Assembly (NCBI GenBank): GCA_028023455.1 | Contig: JAQFVV010000007.1 | Span: 3,844,001-3,908,000, forward strand | From: Epiperipatus broadwayi | Lineage: Eukaryota; Animalia; Onychophora | Direction of reading: 5' to 3' | DNA length: 64,000 nucleotides | In this document: positions 52,790 to 64,000 of the stretch, piece by piece | How the letters are laid out: every line of letters starts with the position of its first letter | How positions within the stretch are numbered: position 1 is the first letter of the stretch | The notes under the pieces: model-generated | Databases searched by the model: none | Seen by the model: the letters and a program-made list of their open reading frames with translations, nothing else | What the model was told of the DNA's origin: nothing | Program-made: the position numbers and the translations under genes

Positions 52790-53070
52790 ACTATCTCTCT
52801 AATTTGTCATGTGTTGTCCATTTTGGCATAATAAATCAAGCTTCCTTTATTTTTCTCTTTTCACCAGTTCTTTCTTTATAAACTACCTTAATATTATGTG
52901 GATTGAACCCATGTCTACAATTGTTTTTACATTCATAAAACACCAATGCTTTTAGAGAATTACTTTTTGCTTTCTGCATATAAGTCAATGATGCAGCATT
53001 TAGTTATATACTCTTCTAATGCTTTAATGGTTCCTTTACTCATTTTGAGTCATTGAGGGCAATTAAAGAA
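52790..53070 (-). mobile_element. PLE GIY-YIG remnant
   Basis: FNCPQ*LK...; ALVFYECKNNCRHGFNPHNIKVVYKER; after a frameshift RKIKEA*FI. Confidence 0.65.
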
Positions 53071-53302
53071 AAAGTCAACTTTAAGAGATTTTAACTAATG
53101 AATCAAAAATAAAATTATTGTAAAAACATTATAATTATATCAAATCATTAGAGCTAATATTAATCCTAACTTTAAAATATATAATTACTGTGATATTAAA
53201 ATTACATTTATATTTATGTACACATTTTTGTATAAATAATAGGGTTGATGAAAATTTTGATATAATATATGATAATAAATTGATTATCTATTAATCACAA
53301 TA

Positions 53303-55893
53303 TGATGTTGTGATGTGTGATGTGATATGGCTACATATTTATTGAAGTCAGGAATATCTCAGCCAAGATATTCAAGAAAAACCCGTGAGTCCCCTTTCCT
53401 TTCCCACCCTAAGTTTTTTCCATATTTTTTCTATTTTGTTTCATCCCATTTCCAGAACATCATATTTTTCCTCTCCATGGCCTTTGTATCTAGATTCCCC
53501 TTACATTTTTCCAACCCTAGCATAAAAAACAATGACCCACTATCTGTATAATCACTTGGTCTATACTGTATTTAATCTCCAACAACATTATTTGTACCCT
53601 TTCTTCTTGAAGCATTTACATTCTATTAGCAAATGCCTAATATTTTCCATGCCTTCCTTACATAACCTGCAGACTAAATTACACCACATTTCTCCATTTA
53701 TGTACATTCTGCCTTATTTCTAATAATCCTGTTCAAGCCTTAAACAGTGAACTACTTTCCTTGCTATTATCATAAATTAACTCACACCCAATATTCTGTT
53801 TACTTCTATATATCTTTAAACTCTTTTTACTCCACATACCAATTCTCCATCTCTCCAACTCCTTATTTTTTATTAATACATCTATTCTTCTATCCCATTC
53901 TTTGCCACTACAATACTCAACAATCTTCCTAATACAATCATCCTGTCTTTTGTACAGCTATACTGATAAAATTTTTATCCAAATCTTCTGCATACTATAT
54001 TATCTTTCTCATCCATTTTGTTGCTTGCCCTTTATTCATAAGTAAATACTATTTTAGCTATTTTTTTACTATCTATAAATTGCAATCTACCAAATATTTT
54101 CATTTTCCTTTTTGAATCTCTCATATAAAAATGCAACAACCCCATTTCTCTTTGAATTGCCTCCATTGCCATCCACACATCTGCATCTAATGCATATCTT
54201 TCTTATCTTTGTACTTTTTAAAGTAATCTAAAACCCCCTTGGTAACATATAACACATCATTATCATAGGTTCATCCCACTACTGCCACTCCTTTCTATAC
54301 AATTCTTGGTACAACATATTTATTATAAGAAAACACTGTTAATTTTTTTATCAGCCCCTTTTTTTCTTTGCTTCATTTATCAATTTTTTTTCCTGATTAC
54401 TTAAGATAATTCACAAGTTCTACCTATTGACCTCACTTAACTTATATCCCTAAAGAAAAATTCTTTCTCTTATCTTTCCCCAGCATTTACCATCATTACT
54501 TTTGATTTTCCACAAAATTTAATTCCCGTCTCTTTATCTTTAGCACGACTTTCATATCTTCCCTACTTTCTGTGCATAATAAAATATCAGCAAATAAAAG
54601 ACATGATAATGTATAGACTTCCTTGACATTTACTAATAATATCTCTACCCCTTTTCCTAATCTTTCTATTGCCCTTTTCATTTCTTTCAAATATAACAGA
54701 AACATAATAGATGATATAGGGCATCTTTACCTTAATTCAACTTCATTTTTACCTCTAACTGATTCTGCATTTCTTAATTGATATGTATAATAATTATTTT
54801 TCTACAATCTCTTAATAAGATCCACTAAATCCCCATTCATTCCCAAATTTTTTAAACTTAACTATAATCTATTTCTATTCACTCTATCATATGCCTTCTC
54901 TATATCTATAAGGAACATATGTAATTGCCTATCTATATTCCTACTCATTTTTATAAGTTGTGTGACTACAAATAAAATATCTCCAATATGCCTGTCTGAC
55001 TGAAAAACTCTTTGCATTTCTCTCACTATATTCATTATTTTCTCTCTCTATGACTATCTATTTTATCCAGTTTCTTTTTATTTAGTTTTTCCATTTGATA
55101 TTAACAACTTTTTCACTTTCTTTGTTCTTAATAGCACATTTATATTCTCTGCATGCTTTTTCTTATCTTTTACACATTTACTAATTCTCACTTTTCTATT
55201 ACTTTTATTCTTTTGAATACTCTCATCTACTTCACCACACCAATCCTTATATTCACTCCCAACAAACTTTTCCATAATTTCTTCTATTCTTATTTTATAT
55301 TCTTCTAACTTATTCTTATCATTCATTCTCCATCACAACTTTCACTATCCTTTCTACTTTTATTACTATTTTACATCACATTATTAACCACTTCTGTTAT
55401 AAAGAAATTATGATCACTATAACATACTCTCCAGAAATTATGATCATTATTACATACTCTCAATTGTCAAACACTTTCATTTTCCATACTTTATTCATTT
55501 TCTTTTCCCTTACTAATACATAATCTATTCTGTGAAATATATTAATCCTAGACCATATGTATTTCACCTCATAAATATTTGTTAAATTTTCGATGTTCAA
55601 ATTTACTCTCTAACAAAGCTTTTTTTAGAAGCTGACATGTTGTTATCCAAGTCATCAATTTTTTTAATATGCTCATTCATAATATTCCTTATAACCATAA
55701 TTTTCTTACCCTCTTAAAACTTTGGATATCCTTAACTAGGCATTCATATATGCTACTGTTCCACTTCATTACAGTTTGCTTATCTCCAGTGGCCATATAC
55801 ACTATAACCACTATCCATTATTGTCTTCCTAACTTTATCTCAAACCACAAATATTTTTGACACTTTACAGTATTTAAATATTTTTTTGACATT
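53303..55893 (-). mobile_element. Non-LTR retrotransposon copy B (same family as copy A), 5'-truncated
   Basis: Colinear with copy A and carries a (CATCA)n tail. ORFs 54496-54705 and 55078-55326 are fragments. Confidence 0.9.
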
Positions 55894-55897
55894 ACCC

Positions 55898-56455
55898 TAT
55901 GTGATGTGATGGAGTCAAGAATATCTCAGCAACTATGCCAGATAAACCTGTTAGCCACTTTAATTTCCATTCCCCACTTTAAGTTTGCCCATATTCTGCT
56001 CCATCCCATTTCCACAATGTAATCTTTGTCAACTCTATAGCCTTTATATCTAAATCCCCCTTATCTTTTTGCAAACCCAGCATAAAAACCAATAACTCAT
56101 TTTCTGTATAATCTCTTTGTTCATATTTATTCTCCCATAACTTCATTATTTGTACCCTTTATGCTTTCAAGCATTTACATTCAATCAACAGATGCCTAAT
56201 ATTTTCTATGCCTTCATTACACTATTTGCATACTAAATCACCCATAATTTTCCATTTACATGTATATTCTTTTGTTGCTAAAGATCCCATTCGAGCCTTA
56301 AACAATAAACTGCTTTTCTTACTATTATCATAAATTAACTTGCACCCAATGTTCCATTTACTTCTATATATATTTAAACTCTTCTTACCCTCCATACTAC
56401 TTCTCCATCTCTCCAACTCCCTATTCTTTATTAATGCATCTATTCTACCACCATC
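55898..56455 (-). mobile_element. Non-LTR retrotransposon copy C (3' fragment)
   Basis: ERWRSSMEGKKSLNIYRSK...IYDNSKKSSLLFKARMGSLATKEYTC...LVCK, then RHLLIEC. Its tail abuts the 5' end of copy B. Confidence 0.88.
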
Positions 56456-57394
56456 CCTTGATCATGCCACCAATTGGTTACAATGTAAACTAGAAAATTA
56501 AAATCTATTTTTTAATGGTTAAATTTTTTTTAAAAATAGTGGATTCCCTGATTTCATTGCAAATAAAAAAGAAAGAGTTTGTGAATATATCTTTTGGCTA
56601 ATATAGAAAAGGATAATCAAATCTCTAAATAAACCTTTTTAATACACATTTTGTAAATATATACATACAAAAGGTGTATTGACAGATAACAAATTCCACC
56701 ATTTTTTTTTTGTTTTTTGACCAATCCATATCCCTTCCCCTCAAAACAAAACTGGTTAGTCAAAGCATTAAAATATTATTTTATTCATTCAAAAAATTGA
56801 TGTGGAATAAATAATAAAAAAGTCTTTCTCTCACTCTATTGGTGTCTCATAGTGTAAACTTGAATAACCAAGAGACACCAAATGGTAGTCCTTAATATAT
56901 ATCTATATAGTATTATCTTATAATTTTTAGGTATAACTTTCATCAGAGAGGACTGTTGGATTTTGGTCTAGTGCACTTATATTTTTTGAATGAAATGCAC
57001 TTTTCCTCCTGTACTATCATCTAGCATCTTTTGATTACTTAAGAATACACTAGTTAGCATAAAGGAGGTGAGAGAAAACGAATTTGCCACTGAAAAGCAT
57101 TATGTTAGCTGGAGTCATGCAATATTTTGTTGATTTCTTGATTTAAATTTATAAATGAAGTATGGACTACTTAAGGCAGGCAATGGCACTACAAGAAATA
57201 ATAAGCATATATATGGTATGTAAAGGTTTAGTAACTAAGTAAAAGAATGCTAAAATCAAATAATAACAATTGCTTATTATCAGTGTTACATCGCCATGAC
57301 ATTTAACCTTCTTTCTTCAAGAATCTCAGTTCTTTCTCAAATTATATTACCTACTCTATACTCATAAATATTTCATGACCCAACAATTCCTGGA

Positions 57395-57460
57395 GTTGGC
57401 AGAACTGGACTATAAGCCATGGACCATGAGTTCCAAAGTCTGACATTTTACCACTGTACC
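57395..57460 (-). mobile_element. Decayed tRNA-derived SINE head
   Basis: gcatgttttggtacagtggtaaaatgtcagactttggaactc... with an A-box and anticodon-arm-like segment. Confidence 0.4.
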
Positions 57461-58206
57461 AAAACATGCATGATCTATAGAATTACTGAAATTATACATA
57501 ATTCTTGTGATATAAACTTATTTTCTCTCTTTTACGAATTGTATTTCCATTTTTTCAAAATCTCAATCATAAGCATTTAATATTCTAGTTAAATTTTTTT
57601 TTTTCATTAAAGCCCTGATATTAATTAAATTAAAATGATAATTATAAACATATTAAATTACTTCTGTTTCTTTTTATAAAAATTTAAATAGACGATTTAA
57701 AATTTATCTTTTTAATTTAATTTGAATGAATTTTACATTTTTTACTACTTCATTAATTAGTTAATAAATATTTTGTCAAAAAAAATTTCTGAAGAAATTT
57801 TGTTTTAAAATGTTGAAAAAATTTAACAAGTCTATGTATATATAATTAATACATTGCAGCATTATATTGTATTTAATATGCATGAGAGCATTTAAGGACA
57901 TCATATGATTATTTTAATAAAAGAACAATATATTAATCTTTAACCAGAGTTTAAACTTTATATGTGAGTTAAGAATGATATGATAATCATAGAATAATAA
58001 ATAGTGATTAATATATTTTTCTAAAGTGGATGTTGTAAACATGCGAGTGCCGAAAATTTGTGCCCTTTTATATCAAATTGCAATCATTTAATAACTAAAC
58101 AAATGATATATATGAAATTGTGACTCAGACTTAATTGAACAGCCCTGTATCAGCATGAAATGCATGTTGGGGTATTTAACTGTCTCAAATGACTTTAGTC
58201 ATAATA

Positions 58207-58224
58207 TGACGCAAGAACGGAAGT
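58207..58224 (+). promoter_or_regulatory. Adjacent ATF/CEBP-like and ETS-like motifs in a CpG-retaining patch
   Basis: TGACGCAA (58207-58214) and ACGGAAGT (58217-58224), with other CGs at 58044-58051. Confidence 0.3.
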
Positions 58225-59528
58225 TTTAAATATAATTTGTATATTTATCTAAAATAAATGGGAATATTATTTAACCTTAGAATTACTATCTATATAATAT
58301 TTGAACATTCATACATCACTTGTTTCAAGCTCAAACCAACCTTTTCAACTGACATTAGAAATAAATCTAATATCCCTTATAACAAAGATATTTTATTACT
58401 TAAAATATATATATTCAATAAATATAATTCTTTTGTGAAATTTATCAAGTCTATTTTAAATAAAAATTGAATTGTCCTCTATGTGCTGTATTCAATAACT
58501 TTTTATAGTAAAAAAATGGATTCAATAAAATAAAAATAAATAAAAAGATCTAAAGCATAGCAAGAAGCAATCCATTCATTTTCTTACTGTAAAAAGTTAT
58601 TGAACATGGATGCTAGAGGACAGATCAATTTTTACCAAATTCACCATTTTCTTTATTTTGCTGTAATATCTTATATAAATGCAATTTAATAATCAAAAAA
58701 GCAAGTCATATATAATGTGACATTACATTTATAAGCTTGTATTTACAAAAATGTAATACAGAGAGTGTACCAATAGCTCAAACAAGTTCTTAATTGATAA
58801 TTGCCATATGAGAAAATATTTAAAATCTCTATCCAGAACCTTCCCATCTCCAGACCAACTGGTTTTGAACAATGGCTTATTTCAATTTATCTACTCTACT
58901 TTGAACACTTTCTAACAAAAAAACTTTTTATTGTACTTATATGTGCACACAATCTTATATTTCGACTAGCTTGCAGCTGTGTACAAAGTTATGATAAAAT
59001 GAAACAAAATAAAATACATAACCATATAAATAATACCATGAAAAACATAAACAATAAAATTAACAAAATAATAAAAAACAACATAAAATAAAGTATAACA
59101 AAACATAATAAGATTAAAATAATCTGATCAAAACCAAGTAACATAATCCAGGTAATATAAAATATATAATATAAAATAAATATAAATTATACATGTGCAT
59201 ACCTGATTGTATATATACTTATTCATAAACAATTATTAATATAAATATATTTTTTGTTTTTATTATTTTTAATAATCTCTTAATTATTTCTATTTTTTAT
59301 AAACTTAAACTTTAATTTTATTTCATATAATCCTCATTTCAACCTTCATTTATTAAAAATGTTCTTTTTAATTTTAAATCATATAATATCTATCATTTTC
59401 TTATTCTTTCTTCTGTTATTAATAATATTTCATATTTATCTTTTTATATCTATCTAAAAAATATAAATATCATAATCTTTTAACCTATCAATTTTTAATC
59501 CCTTAAAACTAAAACTAAAAGTTTTTTT

Positions 59529-62352
59529 AATGCGATGCAATGCACTATGGCTTGTCTTTTCTTGGAGTCAGGAATCTTTCAGCCATTATGACCAGAGAAA
59601 CTTGTTAGCCACTTTTTCTTCCCCTTTCTATTCCTCACTCTAAGTTTTTTCTATCCTGCTACATCCCATTTCCACAACATTATCTTTGTCCATTCTATGG
59701 ACTTTATATATAAATTCTTCTTATTTTTTTCATACCCAGTATAAAAACCAAGAACCCACTTTCTGTATAATCACTTTGTTTATATTTATTCTCCCACAAC
59801 TTCATTATTTGCATCTTTTCTGCTTGTAAGCATTTACATTCAATTATCAGATGCCTAATATTTTCTGTCTTCCCAGAGTAAATCAACCACGTTTCTCCAT
59901 TTATGTGTATATTCCCTTGGTTCTAAGGTTTTGAGCCTTAAACAGTAAACTACTTTCCTTGCTATTATCATAAATTAACTCACACTCAATATTCTGTTCA
60001 CTTCTATATATATTTAAACTCCTTTTACTCTCCATATTAGTTTTTCAACTCTCCAACTCCCTATTTTTTATTAATCCATCTATTCTTTTATCACATATTT
60101 TGCCACTATAACACTCAACAATTCTCTTAACACAATAATCTCACCTTTTGTATAAGTATTCTGACATAAAATCTTTATCCATATCTTCTTCATACCATAC
60201 TACCTTTCTCACCCATCTTCTTGCACATCTTTTACTCATAACCCAATTAAAAACTATTTTGGCTATTGTTTTATTATTCATAAATTGCAATCTACTGAAC
60301 ATTTTCATTTTACTTTTTGCATTTTTCATATAAAAATTTGGCCATTCTATTTATTCTTGAATTACTTTCTTAGCTGACCACACATCTGCATCTAATGCAT
60401 GTCTTTCTACTTATCTTTGTACTTTTTCTAAGTAATCTAACACCTCCTTACTAACACATAATTGCCGTAAGTTAACTCTGCTACTGTCACTCCTTCCATA
60501 CAATTCTAGCTACCTCATATTTATTATATGAAAACACTGTTAATTTCTTTATCAGTCCTTTTCTTTTCCTTGCTTCATTTATCAATTTTTTCTTCCATTC
60601 ATAGTAATTTCTCTGATTACTTAAGACAATTTCCAAATAGCTATGCCTATTCACTACATCTAACTTTATATCCCCCAATAAAAATTCTTTCTCTTTTCTT
60701 TCCCCAGCATTTATCATCATTACTTTTGATTTTTCTTCACTAAATTTAATCCCCATCTTTTTATCTACCCTTGTGTACATCTTCAGCATAACTTCCATAT
60801 TTTTCCTAACTTTCTGTGCTCAAAAACATATCATCAGAAAATAAAAGACCTGATAATATATATACTTCATTTCCTTCTATTAATGGTATCTCTACACCTC
60901 TTGCAAAGTCTTCTATTGCTCTCTTCATTTCTCTTAAATATAAAAAAAGCAAAATAGGTGACATAGGACATCCTTGCCTTAGTCTCTTCTCACTTTTAAC
61001 TCTATTTGATTCTATATTTCCTAATTGATACATATAGTAATTATTTTCATACCATCTCTTAATAAGATCAACTAAAGCTGAATTCATTCCCAAATTTACT
61101 ATACTTGTTCATAATCTATTTCTATTTACTCTATCATATGCCTTCACTATACTTATAAAGACTATATAAAACTACCTGTATTCCTACTCATATCTATAAG
61201 TTGTGTGACTACAAATTAATTATCTCATATATGCCTATCTGATCAAAAACCTCCTTACATTTTTCCCACTATATTAGTTTCTTCCCCATCCTTCCAGCTA
61301 TCATATATGTAAAAATTTTATATAACATTGATGTTACCCCTATAACTGTTTAACTTTCTATGATTACTCTTTCCTTTAATTAGTAGTCTTCCTCTTGTAT
61401 TATTCCAGCTATCAGGAAATTCTCTCTTATATGTCATTTTATTAAAACATAATAATATATTTAATTTTGTCCTATTTCCTAAATTCATCACTATCTCTGC
61501 TGCCCATTTATCTAAACCTCTTGCCTTTTCACTTTTCAATTTCTTCCCTGCCCCATTCAATTCATTTTCTCTAAACTTAATAGTTCCATTACTATATGCT
61601 TTTATGTTTGTTATCACTCTTTCTCTCACATCTAACTTCTTTTCTGTATCCATTACAAACTTATTTAAGGTTATCTTTAATTCTTCTATATGAGCTACAT
61701 TCTTTTTCCTCATCATCTAGTAACACTATTTGTCTCTCCCCTATATTCCATCTTTTAATATACTTCCAAATTTTTTTTACTCCCATCTCTTCCACTTTTA
61801 TTAATATCCCACAATAATTTATTATTTAGTTTCATTCTCTCTCTATAATTATCTATTTTAGCCAAATTCATTTTTAAAAAAAATAGTTTTCCCATTTAAT
61901 ATTAGCATCTTTTTCACTTCCTTTGTTTTAATAGCATATTTATATTCTCTGCATGCTTTCCCCTATCTTTTACACTTTTACTAATTCTCACTTTTTTATT
62001 ACTTTTATTCTTTTGAATATTCTCATCTTCAATCCTATTTGCAACTTTTTTTACTTCACCACACCAGTTTTTATATTCATCTCCAACAAACACTTCCATG
62101 ATTTCTTCCACTTTTATTTTATATTCTTCTCACTTATTCTTATCATTCATTCTCTATAACATCTTTCACTACCCTTTTTGCTTTTATTACTACCTTCCAT
62201 CACATTACTAACCATTTCTATTATAAAGAGATTATGATCACTATTACATACTCTCTCTTTATTATCATACAATTTATTCATTTCCTCTTTCTCTATTAAT
62301 ACACAATTAAATATATTATTTCTAGATCATGTGTATTGTCTCTCATAAATAA
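59529..62352 (-). mobile_element. Non-LTR retrotransposon copy D inserted in the left arm of the PLE
   Basis: Colinear with copies A and B. RT motifs LRQGCPMSPILLFLY and LLFSDD (ORF 60806-61093). Confidence 0.92.
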
Positions 62353-63247
62353 TTATCTTATACCCTATTTCTTTCTATTGCATATTATTTAAACTAACTA
62401 TATATTCACTACAACTTTTTTGCTATTTACATATATTTTTCTTTATACACTTTGACTTTTATTACTATTATTATATATTATTACATAATTCTATCTTATA
62501 CCTTTACATTTTAAATTAGACTGTTTATATTTGAATGTTATGCTAAGTTTTTATTTCATTAATGTGAAATTTCTACAAATATATTCATGTTTATACTTCT
62601 ATCTAAACCTTTTTACAGATCCATAATTTATTTATAATTAATTTCCTCTTTATATATTTTCCTCTAAGTATCTATTTCAAAATCTATATTTATGTTAATT
62701 TCATCCTAATCCCAGAACTTCTATTAAATTTTGACTTTATCATTTTTATTAGTAGTGCTTCTTTTATTTTTTTATTTTTAATATTGCATGTATGTAACAT
62801 CATTTTTATTAAACTTTTTGTAGATTTGTGTCCTGTATCCTTCATATGAATATATAATGGGTATTTATTATGGAGTATATAATAAAATGCAAACAAAGTT
62901 TAGATAGTGGGATTGATAACAAATATATGGTAGAAACTGAAAATTCAGGTTAAAATAACTTATGTCAGATACTAAATCACTAATATGAAGGACACAGGAC
63001 ACAAATTACAGAATGCTCAATAAAAATGATGTTGCACACAGACAATATTAAAGAAAATAAAATAAAAGAGGCAATATTACTCAAAATGATAAAATCAGAA
63101 TTTAATAGAGATTTTAGGCTTATGCTGACATTAGGATAAATATAGTTTTAAAACAGATATTTAAAGGAAGATATAGAGAAAATTAATTATAAATAAATCA
63201 TGAGTTTGTAAAAAGGTTTACATATGACTATAAACATTAATATATTT

Positions 63248-63345
63248 GTCAAGCAGCAGTGGCCTAGTGGTTAGCATAGCTGCCTTCGAAGCAGCTGACC
63301 CGGGTTCACCTCCCAGTCAATGCTTTGACATATGAAAAAAAAAAA
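63248..63345 (+). mobile_element. tRNA-Gly-derived SINE-like copy with 9-bp TSD
   Basis: gcagcagtggcctagtggttagcatagctgccttcgaagcagctgacccgggttcacctccc... TSD AATATATTT at 63239-63247 and 63349-63357. The empty site is visible in the opposite PLE arm. Confidence 0.85.
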
Positions 63346-63891
63346 CTGAATATATTTATAGACATTACATATTAATGAAATAAAAATTTAGCATAACATT
63401 CAATTATAAAACAGTATGATATAAAATATAGAAATATAAGAGAGAATTATATAATAATAGTAATAAAAGTTAAAGTATATAAATAAATAAAAAAAATAGA
63501 TGTAGTGATTATAGATATAGTTTAAATAATATGTAATAGAGAAAGCTATAGTATAATAGTATTTAAAAAATGTAGTTTTTTTTAATTTTAAGGAATTAAA
63601 AGTGGGTAAGGTTTTTTATATATATAAAAAAGAAGAAATGATAGATATTATATGATTTAAAAATTAAAAAGAATATTCTTAATAAATGAAGATTGAAATG
63701 AGAATTATATGAAAATAAAATAGTAAGTATTTTATTAATATGGGGATAATAAAACTAAAGTTTAAGTTTATAAGGAATAGAAATAATTAGAAAATTATTA
63801 AAAATAATAAAAATGAATAATATATTTAAATCAATAGTTGTTCATGATTATGTATTTTGACAGTCAGGAATACACATGTATAATTTATAGT

Positions 63892-64000
63892 CAAAATAAG
63901 AGTCATAGATCACATGACGCTACCTCTTAAGCTTGTAAGTTATAAAACAATGAGGATTGCCAATTCCTCTACAAGCTTTGTGTTAAATGCCTAGCCAGAG
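63892..64000 (+). mobile_element. Start of another copy of the 31845-32420 hammerhead family
   Basis: caaaataagagtcatagatcacatgac...aacaatgaggattgccaattcctc is the reverse complement of ~32315-32420, starting at exactly the same boundary. Confidence 0.85.

Larger units (their letters stand above)
59181..63888. mobile_element. Large fold-back Penelope-like element (~830-bp arms) with GIY-YIG at its centre
   Basis: Left arm 59181-59525 + 62352-62847 is the reverse complement of right arm 62983-63888 (less the SINE). The + strand from ~62870 reads GVY.IKCK...KYMVET...MKDTGH...KIKEAILLKMIKSEFNRD. ORF 62690-62896 is the inverted copy. Confidence 0.85.

Noticed and set aside
63253-63324. Functional tRNA gene with TCG (Arg) anticodon
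   Set aside because: It has a Gly body, a broken T-loop/B-box (ggttcacctccc), acceptor-stem mismatches, polyA and a TSD, indicating a retrocopy.

Overview
Very AT-rich (roughly a quarter GC by eye), strongly CpG-depleted eukaryotic DNA, most likely from an invertebrate metazoan with a methylated genome. It looks intronic or intergenic. No host protein-coding gene can be identified with confidence, and almost all listed ORFs are transposon remnants, antisense shadows of them, or microsatellite artefacts. The window is a layered transposon graveyard. It holds a SPIN/URR1-like hAT MITE with a perfect 8-bp TSD; piggyBac, Tigger and mariner transposase fragments; a full-length RTE LINE (15-bp TSD) and a truncated one; four copies of an APE-RT-CCHC LINE with (CATCA)n tails; an internally deleted Ty3/gypsy element with ~2.3-kb LTRs and a nested 3.3-kb insertion; and tRNA-Gly-derived SINE-like copies. 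The most striking signal is a Penelope-like element (PLE) system. It comprises several GIY-YIG endonuclease remnants, two of them in inverted-repeat arrangements, plus at least five short (250-630 bp) non-coding fold-back insertions from unrelated sequence families. These five share one architecture: a 13-16 bp TSD, long inverted arms and an unpaired ~40-55 bp tail on one side. One of them (31845-32420) carries two copies of a minimal type I hammerhead ribozyme motif, and more decayed hammerhead-like motifs occur in other hairpins. CpG-retaining islands (~24.6-26.3 kb, ~46.3-49.3 kb, ~58 kb) may mark host promoters. All alignments and translations were done by eye, so boundaries without a TSD are approximate.
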